Shown here: positions 46,634 through 55,548 of the stretch, one piece after another
Layout: each line of letters starts with the position of its first letter
Numbering within the stretch: the first letter of the stretch is position 1
Notes under the pieces: model-generated
What the model saw: the letters and a program-made list of their open reading frames with translations, nothing else
The model's database searches: none
Told to the model about the DNA's origin: nothing
Translations under genes and position numbers: made by a program
From: an uncultured bacterium
Lineage (GTDB): Bacteria > Cyanobacteriota > Vampirovibrionia > Gastranaerophilales > Gastranaerophilaceae
Assembly: GCA_945915465.1 (NCBI GenBank)
Contig: CAMEFF010000002.1
Location: forward strand, 25,648-89,647
Length of the DNA stretch: 64,000 bases
Direction of reading: 5' to 3'

Positions 46634-46719
46634 GAGATAAGTTGAAGAAATAAAGAAGCCGAGTTAAAATTATATAAATAACTTGACTTCTTTGTTTTTA
46701 GTATAAAAAGGTATTAAAA

Positions 46720-47556
46720 ATGGAAGACGAAGCGAAAGTGATAAAAGTTATATTTTTCGGAGATGTTGTCGGTAAGCCCGGAAGGTTTGCCGTACGGGAT
46801 TATTTGGCGGAAAATTCTCAAAAGTATGATTTTGTTATTGCGAATATTGAAAATGCCTCTCACGGCTTCGGGCTGACAGAAAAGAATTACAATGATTTCA
46901 AAACTTATGGTGTAAATTGTATGACTTGCGGGAACCATATTTGGGATAAAAAAGATATTTATACATACATTGATTCTGCTGATTGTTTGTTAAGACCTAT
47001 CAATTACCCGAAAGGTACTCGTGGGGTTGGTAGCAGAATTTTTGATATGGGAAGTTTTAAAATCGGTGTGATAAATGTTCTTGGCAGAGTTTTTATGAAC
47101 TTGGTAGATTCACCTTGGGAACTTGTCAAAGAGGAAATTCAACGAATTAAAGAAATTACACCGCTAATTGTTATTGATTTACACGCTGAAGCGACAGCGG
47201 AAAAGATTTGTTTCGGCAGATTTTGTTCTGAGTTGGGTGCCAGTGCATTGTGGGGAACGCACACTCATGTTCAAACTGCTGATGATTGTATTATGAACGG
47301 CAAAATGGCATATATTTCCGATGCGGGATTTTGCGGTGCCTCTGACGGGGTTATCGGAATGGATTATCAAACCTCATTAAACAGGTTTTTGACAAGTATT
47401 CCCGAACGTTACGAGGTTGCTCCGGGCGAAATCACTCAGATTAATGCCGTTGAGGTTGAGATTGACACCGTAACAGGTAATGCAATCGGTATTAAAAGAA
47501 TTAATTGTAGTAATAATAAAATAAAAGAGGAAAAGGTAAGTGAAAAAGAGAACTGA
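46720..47556 (+). CDS. ymdB: YmdB-family metallophosphoesterase (2',3'-cyclic-nucleotide phosphodiesterase type)
   Basis: FFGDVVGKPGR...IANIENASHGFGLT...CGNHIWDKK...GTHTHVQTAD motifs. Lies immediately after rny, as in Firmicutes. Confidence 0.88.
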   Translation: MEDEAKVIKVIFFGDVVGKPGRFAVRDYLAENSQKYDFVIANIENASHGFGLTEKNYNDFKTYGVNCMTCGNHIWDKKDIYTYIDSADCLLRPINYPKGTRGVGSRIFDMGSFKIGVINVLGRVFMNLVDSPWELVKEEIQRIKEITPLIVIDLHAEATAEKICFGRFCSELGASALWGTHTHVQTADDCIMNGKMAYISDAGFCGASDGVIGMDYQTSLNRFLTSIPERYEVAPGEITQINAVEVEIDTVTGNAIGIKRINCSNNKIKEEKVSEKEN

Positions 47557-48400
47557 TTTACATATTCATACTTATTTTTCAGACGGTGTCTTTTCGCCTG
47601 AAAAAATAGTAGATACTGCTATTGATGTCGGTCTTGATGCTATTGCAATTACTGACCACGACAATATTTTGGCTTATGATGTTGCACAAAATTATATCAA
47701 AGAAAAAAATCTTTCAGACAAAATCGAAATTATACGAGGGATTGAAATTAATACCCTTTACAAAAATTACGAAGTCCATATTTTAGGATATTTTATGGAT
47801 ACGACAAACTCTGATTTTGTTGAATTATTGAAGGTTCAACAGGCTGCCAGAATTAAACAAACTAAAGAAATCATTAAACTTTTGGCACAAAAAGAAGGTA
47901 TTAAAATTAAATTTGAGGACGTTAAAAAACTTGTTGCGGAAGGTGGAAGTATCGGACGTCCGCACATTGCAAAAGCGATTACAAATGCGGGCGGAACCAA
48001 TAATATTATGGACGCTTACGCAAAATATATCCACGATGATTCACCTGTTTATGTACAAAGAAAGACAGTTTCTCCGTTTGATGCTGTCGAAATTTTGTAT
48101 GATGCGGGCGGAATTCCAGTTATTGCACACCCTCACGATTTAGAAATTGCGGAACCGTTGATTAAGGAACTTATGAATTACGGTTTGAGAGGAATTGAGG
48201 CTTATCACAGAAAACACTCACCAGCTTGCGTTGAATATTTCTCAACAATGGCGGAAAATCTTGGTTTGATTGTGACGGGCGGGTCAGATTTCCATACTCC
48301 GAATATTATGAACGGTCAAATCATTTTGGGTAAAAACTTTATCCCTGAGTGGGTTTATGAAAAACTTGTGGCAGAGAAAAAGCGTATAGATATGGCATAA
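47540..48400 (+). CDS. PHP-domain phosphoesterase (TrpH/YciV-like)
   Basis: GTG start after AGAGGAAAAGG. TDLHIHTYFSDG...AITDHDN...VIAHP...GGSDFH motifs. Confidence 0.85.
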   Translation: MKKRTDLHIHTYFSDGVFSPEKIVDTAIDVGLDAIAITDHDNILAYDVAQNYIKEKNLSDKIEIIRGIEINTLYKNYEVHILGYFMDTTNSDFVELLKVQQAARIKQTKEIIKLLAQKEGIKIKFEDVKKLVAEGGSIGRPHIAKAITNAGGTNNIMDAYAKYIHDDSPVYVQRKTVSPFDAVEILYDAGGIPVIAHPHDLEIAEPLIKELMNYGLRGIEAYHRKHSPACVEYFSTMAENLGLIVTGGSDFHTPNIMNGQIILGKNFIPEWVYEKLVAEKKRIDMA

Positions 48401-48411
48401 AGGATTATTTT

Positions 48412-49053
48412 ATGAAAAAACATTTTTGGCGAATTGAATATTCAATAACATTATTTGTTGTTTTTGCGATAATTTTAATGTTTATTCCTACTAAATTTAT
48501 TGCAACAAAAGATGCTACATCTATTTCTATGTGGAATGAAACTATTAATAAAATGGAATATATTTTCTCGGCAATGAATGCTCATTCTGATACTGATATT
48601 TTGAAAGGTTTAAAAAACGCAAAAGACGATGCTCAACGTGAGCAGTTAATGATGATTTTGGTTAAACCTTATTTGAGAATTACGGAAGATAATCTTTTGC
48701 AAAAAAAATCTTATCAACCTAAATATTTGAACGGTAAAGTCGTAAAAGACGGTGACAGGTACTATTTTGACAAACTTTATTTGACAAAAAACAATAAGGT
48801 TGTCGGCTTAAAAGATATTAAAGACGAAGACGTTTTTCACCCTGTATTTTTAATGATGTTTGATATGAACGGTGTGAAAGGTCCTAACGTATGGGGTAAA
48901 GATATTTTCGGGTTAAATATCTTTATTGACGGCAATATCGCACCGATTGGTTCGGGGTGGAGTATCAACGAATTAAAATCCGATTGCTCGGAATACGGTA
49001 CTGGAGTTGGTTGTTCGCATTATTATCGTATAGGCGGAGAAATCAATGAGTAA
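48412..49053 (+). CDS. pseudopilin-like protein with non-canonical N-terminus
   Basis: HFWRIEYSITLFVVFAIILMF keeps Phe+1 and Glu+5 and the hydrophobic helix, but has His in place of Gly-1. C-terminal DMNGVKGPNVWGKDIFGLNIFIDG resembles the pilin/pseudopilin globular-domain motif. Confidence 0.5.
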   Translation: MKKHFWRIEYSITLFVVFAIILMFIPTKFIATKDATSISMWNETINKMEYIFSAMNAHSDTDILKGLKNAKDDAQREQLMMILVKPYLRITEDNLLQKKSYQPKYLNGKVVKDGDRYYFDKLYLTKNNKVVGLKDIKDEDVFHPVFLMMFDMNGVKGPNVWGKDIFGLNIFIDGNIAPIGSGWSINELKSDCSEYGTGVGCSHYYRIGGEINE

Positions 49054-49639
49054 TATCAAAAAAGTTTGTGTATTTGCGTCATCCAGTGATTTTTTAGCAC
49101 CCGTGTATTATGTTGAGGCTAAAGAGTTGGGCAAATTGCTCGGTCAAAACGGCTACGATATTGTTTATGGCGGAAGTACACTGGGAATGATGTGGGCTTG
49201 TGCCGAACAGGTCAAACTCAATGGCGGAAAAATCTTTGGTATAATGCCGCAAAGACTTGTTGATATGGGTTGTAGAACGGATAATTGTGATGAATTTGTT
49301 TTGGCACAAGGTATGCGTGACAGAAAAGATACAATGGACAAAATGTCAGATGCCGTAATTGCTTTGGCTGGCGGTTTCGGTACTTTGGAAGAATTATCGG
49401 AAATGATTGTACAAAAACAGTTGGGGTACAATAAAAAGCCGATTGTTATTTTAAATACGGATGGCTTTTATGACAATTTACTCAGGTTTTTTGATACCGT
49501 AATTTCTGAAAATTTCGCAAATAAGGCTTCGGCAAATCTGTTTTACGTTGCAGCAACCCCGTTTGATGCAGTTGAATACATCAAAAATTACGTTGAACCG
49601 CAAAATGTTCCTTCAAAACATGAAATTTATTCAAGATAA
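49046..49639 (+). CDS. LOG family / TIGR00730 Rossmann-fold nucleotide-binding protein
   Basis: VYGGSTLGMM...ALAGGFGTLEELSE motifs (the PGGxGTxxE type). Confidence 0.85.
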   Translation: MSNIKKVCVFASSSDFLAPVYYVEAKELGKLLGQNGYDIVYGGSTLGMMWACAEQVKLNGGKIFGIMPQRLVDMGCRTDNCDEFVLAQGMRDRKDTMDKMSDAVIALAGGFGTLEELSEMIVQKQLGYNKKPIVILNTDGFYDNLLRFFDTVISENFANKASANLFYVAATPFDAVEYIKNYVEPQNVPSKHEIYSR

Positions 49640-49649
49640 GGAGTAATTT

Positions 49650-50354
49650 GTGGAATGGGTTAAAGACTTTTTATTGCAAGAGTTTTCAGGGTGGGGAAGG
49701 TTCGAGAGAATAATTTTCCCTTTAGAAATCTTGTTTATTTTAATTCTTTCCATAACATTAAAAGACAATCCAGTTGCGATAATTTCAGCAGTTTTTGGGA
49801 TAAGTTATACAATATTGGCGGGAAAAGGTAAGATTTCTTGCTATTTTTTCGGACTTGCGGGAACTCTTTGTTACTCGTATATTTCTTATAAAAATTCTCT
49901 CTTTGGAAATTTGGCTCTTTATGTGTGCTATTATTTGCCAATGCAGGTTTATGGGATTTTTAAATGGAAAGAACACTTGAATAAAAATACTTGTTCTATT
50001 GAAAAGACTAAATTGTCGGGAAGAGAAAATTTGGTATATTTTTCGTGTGCAATTTTGCTAACTGTAATTTGCTATTTTGTGTTGGTAAAATTACACGACA
50101 AAAACCCTTTATGTGATTCGATAACATCCGTTTTTTCTGTTTTGGGTCTGATATTTACCGTTAAAAGAAGTATTGAGCAGTGGTATGTTTGGGCTGTCGT
50201 AAACGGTTTGTCTGTTATTATGTGGGTACAGGCTTATTTGAACGGATTTAATTGTTTGGCAACCGTTTTGATGTGGTTGACGTATTTTATCCTGTCCTTT
50301 TATTTTTATTTTGCGTGGAAAAAAGAGATTACCGATTCATTAAAAAATAATTAA
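49650..50354 (+). CDS. pnuC: nicotinamide riboside transporter PnuC family
   Basis: GTG start after AAGGAG. 7-8 TM. W-rich motifs (EQWYVWAVVNGLSVIMWV) typical of PnuC. Confidence 0.75.
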   Translation: MEWVKDFLLQEFSGWGRFERIIFPLEILFILILSITLKDNPVAIISAVFGISYTILAGKGKISCYFFGLAGTLCYSYISYKNSLFGNLALYVCYYLPMQVYGIFKWKEHLNKNTCSIEKTKLSGRENLVYFSCAILLTVICYFVLVKLHDKNPLCDSITSVFSVLGLIFTVKRSIEQWYVWAVVNGLSVIMWVQAYLNGFNCLATVLMWLTYFILSFYFYFAWKKEITDSLKNN

Positions 50355-50409
50355 AAATATCAACTTTTTGTAAGTTTTATATTATCATTAGAATAGGAGA
50401 TACGATAAT

Positions 50410-51474
50410 ATGAAATATAAAGATTATTATGAAACGTTGGGTGTAAAAAGAGATGCAACCGAGGCTGATATTAAATCGGCTTACAGAAAACTTGCAAGAA
50501 AATATCACCCTGATGTAAATAAAACAAAAGAAGCGGAAGAAAAATTTAAAGAAATAAACGAAGCCTATGAAGTTCTTGGCGATAAACAAAAACGTCAAAG
50601 ATACGACAGTTTGGGGGCAAATTGGCAAGGTGGAGCAGATTATACCCCACCTCCGGGATTTGAAAACTTCAATTTTGGCGGCGGTGGTGGAAACTACCAA
50701 CAATTTAACTTCAATGGTCAAGATATGGGTGGCTTTTCGGATTTCTTCAGCTCTTTATTCGGCGACATGATGGGTGGCGGAGCAACGGGCGGTACTCGAG
50801 GTTTTTCAAACTTTGATTTTGGAAATATGGGAGTGGGTCAAGGCTTTTCTAATGCAGGATATACTTCCCGCCGCAGGGCTTCTGCAAAACCGCCGAAAAG
50901 TGAAGATTTAGACGTTACAAAAAACTTGAACGTTGCGGCGAATGATTTGTTCTCAGATGCTCCGATTACAGTAAAATTTAGTGATATGAGAAAATGTACC
51001 GCTTGTCCGAAAGACGGTAGCTACTGTACAGCGTGCGGTGGAACTGGAATTGTTAATGAGCAAAAATCCTTGAAAGTAAAATTACCGAAAGAGGTTAAGG
51101 TCGGGCAAAAAATCAGATTAAAAGGAGAAGGTCGAGCAGATGCTTACGGTCAAAAAGGGGATTTGTACTTGATAATTACTCCAGTTGACGGTGAATACCA
51201 AATTTCAGGCTGTGATTTGACAAAAGATGTTGAAATTACACCACCTGAGGCTGTTTTAGGTTGTAGTAAAGAAATTAAAACTTTGCATGGGACAATTACC
51301 ATAAAAATACCTAAAATGACTTCAAGTGGAAAATGTTTAAGACTTAAAAATCTCGGATTGCCTAAAAAATCAGGTGGCTACGGTAACTTGAATGCAAGAA
51401 TAAAAATCGTTTTGCCTGACAAAATGTCACAAAAACAAATTGACTTGTACAAGCAAATTCTTGCGAGTTCGTAA
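50410..51474 (+). CDS. J-domain co-chaperone (DnaJ/CbpA class) with reduced zinc-finger region
   Basis: KDYYETLGV...[14 protein letters not shown]-domain and a G/F-rich linker. Only one CxxC...CxxCxGxG unit ([18 protein letters not shown]). DnaJ C-terminal domains. Confidence 0.85.
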   Translation: MKYKDYYETLGVKRDATEADIKSAYRKLARKYHPDVNKTKEAEEKFKEINEAYEVLGDKQKRQRYDSLGANWQGGADYTPPPGFENFNFGGGGGNYQQFNFNGQDMGGFSDFFSSLFGDMMGGGATGGTRGFSNFDFGNMGVGQGFSNAGYTSRRRASAKPPKSEDLDVTKNLNVAANDLFSDAPITVKFSDMRKCTACPKDGSYCTACGGTGIVNEQKSLKVKLPKEVKVGQKIRLKGEGRADAYGQKGDLYLIITPVDGEYQISGCDLTKDVEITPPEAVLGCSKEIKTLHGTITIKIPKMTSSGKCLRLKNLGLPKKSGGYGNLNARIKIVLPDKMSQKQIDLYKQILASS

Positions 51475-51691
51475 AATAATGCTGGAATAGTCACAAATGA
51501 TAGGATAAAACGATATACGCTGTACGGATAGATTGATTGTTCCCTACCCCTCAAATGTCCTATTTAAGCAAAAAAACGAAATAATCAAACAGTCTGTAAT
51601 AATCCAAATGGGACAACAAATACAACATTAAATGTCCTAAAAAGACAGGTGCTTCAAGTCAAAGGGGGGAAGGTTTATCAATTTACGCAAT

Positions 51692-51716
51692 AAAAAAACA
51701 ACCTTTCGGTTGTTTT
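51692..51716 (-). terminator. intrinsic terminator after tRNA-Gln
   Basis: AACAACC-TTTC-GGTTGTT stem-loop. T7 follows on the minus strand. Confidence 0.7.
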
Positions 51717-51719
51717 AAT

Positions 51720-51795
51720 TGGCTGGGACGGAAGGATTCGAACCTCCGAGATGGCTGGACCAAAACCAGCTGCCTTACCACTTGGCGACGTCCCA
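51720..51795 (-). tRNA. tRNA-Gln (anticodon UUG), CCA encoded
   Basis: The rc reads TGGGACG..GCCAAGTGGTAAGGC.GCTGG-TTTTGGT-CCAGC...GGAGG-TTCGAAT-CCTTC-CGTCCCA-G-CCA. Closely parallels known tRNA-Gln architecture. Confidence 0.9.
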
Positions 51796-51854
51796 ATATT
51801 CATTTCTCACATTTATTATTGTACCTTCTAAATCTTAATTGTCAATAAGAAGTT

Positions 51855-52181
51855 TTAAATTTTTCTCAAAGCTTTCTTTAAAACCTTCCCTAATGCAAAT
51901 CCTGCAGGGTTTGCACCGATTATGGGAATAGCAAAGCCTAAGCCTGCAAAAATTCCCGGAAGATGTGGAATAACGCCTTTTCTTAGCATACTTCGACCGA
52001 CTGTCACAAAAGTATCGCAAGGAGTTGCTTTTTGTATTTTTGATAATCGGCGACCATATTGAAATCCGTTTTTGAGATCTTTTGGCATGTTAGCAACACC
52101 AAAAATTTCTTTTGAGGCTTCTTTTGAAGCCGCTTTTGTCTTTTCATATCCGTTTGAAATTACTTTTCCGATTCTTGTCAT
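51855..52181 (-). CDS. hypothetical small protein (108 aa, C-terminal G/A/P-rich hydrophobic segment)
   Basis: ATG start. Basic N-terminal half. IPHLPGIFAGLGFAIPIIGANPAGFALG hydrophobic segment. No family recognised. Confidence 0.5.
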   Translation of the reverse strand: MTRIGKVISNGYEKTKAASKEASKEIFGVANMPKDLKNGFQYGRRLSKIQKATPCDTFVTVGRSMLRKGVIPHLPGIFAGLGFAIPIIGANPAGFALGKVLKKALRKI

Positions 52182-52324
52182 GTTAATTTGCCTTGTTTAT
52201 TAATTATAAAACTTTAAATAGTAAAAATTTGCCGATTTTAACAAAATTTTACTATTTACATATATTATATTTAAAAATAATATATATTTAAAATAATTAA
52301 TGTATTTTCAAATGCTAAAATTTC

Positions 52325-52333
52325 TGATATAAT
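52325..52333 (+). promoter_or_regulatory. extended -10 element (TGATATAAT) placing the TSS at or next to ATG 52340
   Basis: TG 52325-52326, TATAAT 52328-52333, ATG 52340. There is no SD-like sequence in the 6 intervening nt, which implies a leaderless mRNA. Confidence 0.4.
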
Positions 52334-52339
52334 TTATAT

Positions 52340-53005
52340 ATGAACAATACTGTAAAAATCGTAATTTTTGGAATATTTTTAGTTATTGCTATTGGTTTGA
52401 CTTTTTTTGGATTCTCTAAGGTTAAAGTTGATGATTTTAAAAAGGCTGCCGTTATTTTGCTGGTTGATTCTTCGGCTTCTAATCAGAAGAATTTACCCGC
52501 AGAAAAAATGGTTATCCGTCAACTTTGCTCAATGCTTGACCCTGAGGACCATATCAAGATGTTAAGGGTATCTGAAGATGCCTACATAATCTATGAGGGG
52601 TCACCGCAATCAGGGGCTGAAATTCGCAAGGCTATGGAAAAATTCACTCAACTTGATTCAAAAGAGTATGGAACCGCTTACGGGGTAGCCCTGAAAAAGG
52701 CTTTTGACCACGCTATTGCAATGAATAAGGAAGGATATATCCCATCGGTTGTAGTTATCGGTGACTTGGAAAATGAAGGCGATATAAATAAGCAGATTAA
52801 CTGGGAAACTTTGCCTTCAGAGGTTGCAAACGTAAAAAATCAGGCAGAAGATTTTTCAATGATGTTTTTGTATGCGACTCCGCAAAAATTGGACAAGGTT
52901 AAAGAGGTGCTAAGTCCTGTTTTAGGTGAGAAAAAACTTATTACGGGTAACGAGGTTACCACAAACAAATCATTAAGAGTATTTTTGAATGCAATAGGTA
53001 GGTAA
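52340..53005 (+). CDS. membrane-anchored von Willebrand factor A (vWA) domain protein
   Basis: N-terminal TM. MIDAS DxSxS (LLVDSSASN), later GTAYGVAL and VVVIGDLENEGD. Confidence 0.75.
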   Translation: MNNTVKIVIFGIFLVIAIGLTFFGFSKVKVDDFKKAAVILLVDSSASNQKNLPAEKMVIRQLCSMLDPEDHIKMLRVSEDAYIIYEGSPQSGAEIRKAMEKFTQLDSKEYGTAYGVALKKAFDHAIAMNKEGYIPSVVVIGDLENEGDINKQINWETLPSEVANVKNQAEDFSMMFLYATPQKLDKVKEVLSPVLGEKKLITGNEVTTNKSLRVFLNAIGR

Positions 53006-53007
53006 AA

Positions 53008-54603
53008 ATGAATATTACTGTCAAATACGGAAGTTCCGAACAAATGTTTCCCGAGTGTGAATCTCTTGTTATCTCGAATAAAAACTGTGAATTCCCTATC
53101 TCTGAACTTGGTGATGACGAGGTTTTGAAACTTGTATATGCGGAGAAGTATAACGGTTTTGTTCTCATAAACGTTTGCAAAAATCAGAAAATATTGTGTA
53201 ACGGCAAATTATTTTCAAAAATTCTTGTAAAATCTGATTTTGAATTGTCGATACCTTCTTTAACTGAAAATATTAAGGTTCAGGTTGGGTATGAATTTGA
53301 CACTGTAGTTCAAAATGTTGCAGATAATGTTGTGACAAGTTCTGCTCATTTTTCTCCAGCTGCCACTTTACCTGAAAAGCATACAGAAATTAAAACCGAC
53401 AATGTTTTTGATAATGATATTGAACAACACAGAATTGCTATAATTAAAGAAATAGGCTTCAAAATTTCTGAGTTTAAAAACAGTGTGAAAACCTCAAATT
53501 TTTTGAATTTTATATTAACGGGTATTACTTGCGTATTGTCTGTTATTTCTGCGTTTGGAATTACAAATTATTTGTTGGGTTTGAAAATTGACAATTCTTC
53601 ATCAACTATAAATTTAACAACAAATTTTTGGTTTTTGGCGGCAATTACTCTTGTAATCTTAGCGGTTTGCATTTCGCTAAAATATGCGGTAAGTTCTGTC
53701 GTAAATTTTAATTCTGTTGCGAGAAAATACGGCACAAGCGACACTATTCAAAAAGGAATTATCGGAATAAGTTTGGTATTTTTATTCGTAATTTATGTAT
53801 TAAATTTATGCTATTACAAATCTGTTTCCGTGTTTACATCACTGTTTTTATCGTTGTTGTTTGTAGGCGGTTTGGTAGTTGTTGCAATCGGAAGCGGATA
53901 TTTTCACGGTCAGGTAAAAATTTTGAAACAACATTTGGATGCTTACGAATATCGTGAAGATTTTGAATCGGTTATCAAAAGTTACAGAGGGTTGATTTCT
54001 GCTTATATAAACAAACTCAGCCAAAATAAAATCAATTCTATCAAAGGCAACTTGGTAAACAACCAAATGCGAATGGTTTTGGAATTTATAATCGGTGTAA
54101 TTACGGCTCCGTTCTTGGCTTACGGGGTTTCCAACACATTGGCTGGATGTTTTCCTGAGGCAGCGAACTGGGTAAGAATTTCAGGTTTGAGATTTAGCCC
54201 GATATTCTTGGTTTTGGCAACCTTTTTGATAATTTTTGCATTTCTATCTTTTGTTCGTGCCTTTACTATCGGCAAACAGATTAAAGGGTCTGAGATTATC
54301 AAATTCGACGGTTTTCATGACTATAACAGACATGGCGTAACAATCTTGGGTATTGATTCAATGAAGAGCTTGGAAAAAGAAAAATCTTTTGTCCTTTTTG
54401 TTGCATGCTTTATCATTTTGATTGAATTTACCATGAACATTTCGTATTTTATAACCGAAATCGGTGGTGATATTCAAGGTATGTTTTTGAGTTTCGTAAC
54501 TGCTCTTGTTCCTACGGCGTTGTTGATTGCGGAAACTCACATGCTCAGTGCTACAATGTACAAAATTCATAATTTGAGTGAATTGTTAGAAAATTTGGAC
54601 TAA
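53008..54603 (+). CDS. hypothetical 8-TM membrane protein with ~95-aa beta-rich N-terminal domain (weakly FHA-like)
   Basis: 2-nt gap to the vWA gene. N-domain LVISNKNCEFPIS...VLKLVY...VLINVCKNQKILCNGKLF...FELSI lacks the canonical FHA G-R / S-x-x-H residues. Eight hydrophobic helices by eye. Confidence 0.55.
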   Translation: MNITVKYGSSEQMFPECESLVISNKNCEFPISELGDDEVLKLVYAEKYNGFVLINVCKNQKILCNGKLFSKILVKSDFELSIPSLTENIKVQVGYEFDTVVQNVADNVVTSSAHFSPAATLPEKHTEIKTDNVFDNDIEQHRIAIIKEIGFKISEFKNSVKTSNFLNFILTGITCVLSVISAFGITNYLLGLKIDNSSSTINLTTNFWFLAAITLVILAVCISLKYAVSSVVNFNSVARKYGTSDTIQKGIIGISLVFLFVIYVLNLCYYKSVSVFTSLFLSLLFVGGLVVVAIGSGYFHGQVKILKQHLDAYEYREDFESVIKSYRGLISAYINKLSQNKINSIKGNLVNNQMRMVLEFIIGVITAPFLAYGVSNTLAGCFPEAANWVRISGLRFSPIFLVLATFLIIFAFLSFVRAFTIGKQIKGSEIIKFDGFHDYNRHGVTILGIDSMKSLEKEKSFVLFVACFIILIEFTMNISYFITEIGGDIQGMFLSFVTALVPTALLIAETHMLSATMYKIHNLSELLENLD

Positions 54604-54609
54604 TTTTTT

Positions 54610-55530
54610 ATGGAAAAACTTGGTTGTCTGATAGGTATAATAACGGCATGTTTTGTAACGATTTTGGTTTTGACGACTGATGTCGGAAATTTTGACCATA
54701 CCGTTACTATTTCAAGCCAACAAACCTCTTTTAGTGGGGGGAATAATACCGAAATAAGTTCTACTGATGTGAAATTAAGCAATAAGGCTTCAAATATTGA
54801 GAATAAATCGCTCAATGCAAAGAACAAGGGTTTGAATTTAGATATCGGACAAATCAATTCAAGTAACGAAAACGCAAGTTTCCATTTCTATAATACAAAC
54901 GGTTCAATTACTCGCAAAGACATTAATAACTTGAAAGTAGGTTTAAAATCGGAAAAAACTTTGTCACCGATGAACCATTTTACAAGTAACAACCATGTAA
55001 AGGTTTATAATCAGCAAAATAAATTCTCAAATTCGCCTAATAATATTTATGTTCAACCGCATAAAGTATCAAATTTTGGCAAAAGGGTGAATAATCTTAT
55101 CCCAACACAAGAAAGTGCTTCATTTTATGGCGAACCGTACGAAGAGCGTGAACAAAGCCATTACGCCTATAAAACCCTTGATTGGAGTACTTGGAGAAGT
55201 AATTTCATAAATAAAATTACGGACGACAGTGTTTATATTGACTCTTTGAACAATTATCCGCAGGGTTCAATGTTTTCATATTCGTTCATGGTGGATAATA
55301 CGGGAAAAATTTACGATATAAATGTACGTTCTTTCCAACTTTCAAAAGAGGATAAAAATAAGGTGGCTCAACTTATCAAAAGTTATGAAAACACTTATAT
55401 TACTAAGTTCCCGCCAAATTCAAAACGTAAAATGGTTAGAGTTTCAGCAATTTTGTTATTTGCAGATAAGACGGAATATTCAAGACCGAGCGATTTCCAC
55501 GACCTGGAACAGGTTAGGACGAAATTCTAA
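54610..55530 (+). CDS. membrane-anchored protein with S/N-rich linker and TonB_C-like C-terminal domain
   Basis: N-terminal TM. C-terminal WSTWRSNFINKI...GSMFSYSFMVDNTGKIYDINVRS...KVAQLIKSYENTYITKFPPNS resembles the TonB C-terminal fold pattern. Confidence 0.5.
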   Translation: MEKLGCLIGIITACFVTILVLTTDVGNFDHTVTISSQQTSFSGGNNTEISSTDVKLSNKASNIENKSLNAKNKGLNLDIGQINSSNENASFHFYNTNGSITRKDINNLKVGLKSEKTLSPMNHFTSNNHVKVYNQQNKFSNSPNNIYVQPHKVSNFGKRVNNLIPTQESASFYGEPYEEREQSHYAYKTLDWSTWRSNFINKITDDSVYIDSLNNYPQGSMFSYSFMVDNTGKIYDINVRSFQLSKEDKNKVAQLIKSYENTYITKFPPNSKRKMVRVSAILLFADKTEYSRPSDFHDLEQVRTKF

Positions 55531-55548
55531 CAAGTAAAGGATTTTGTT

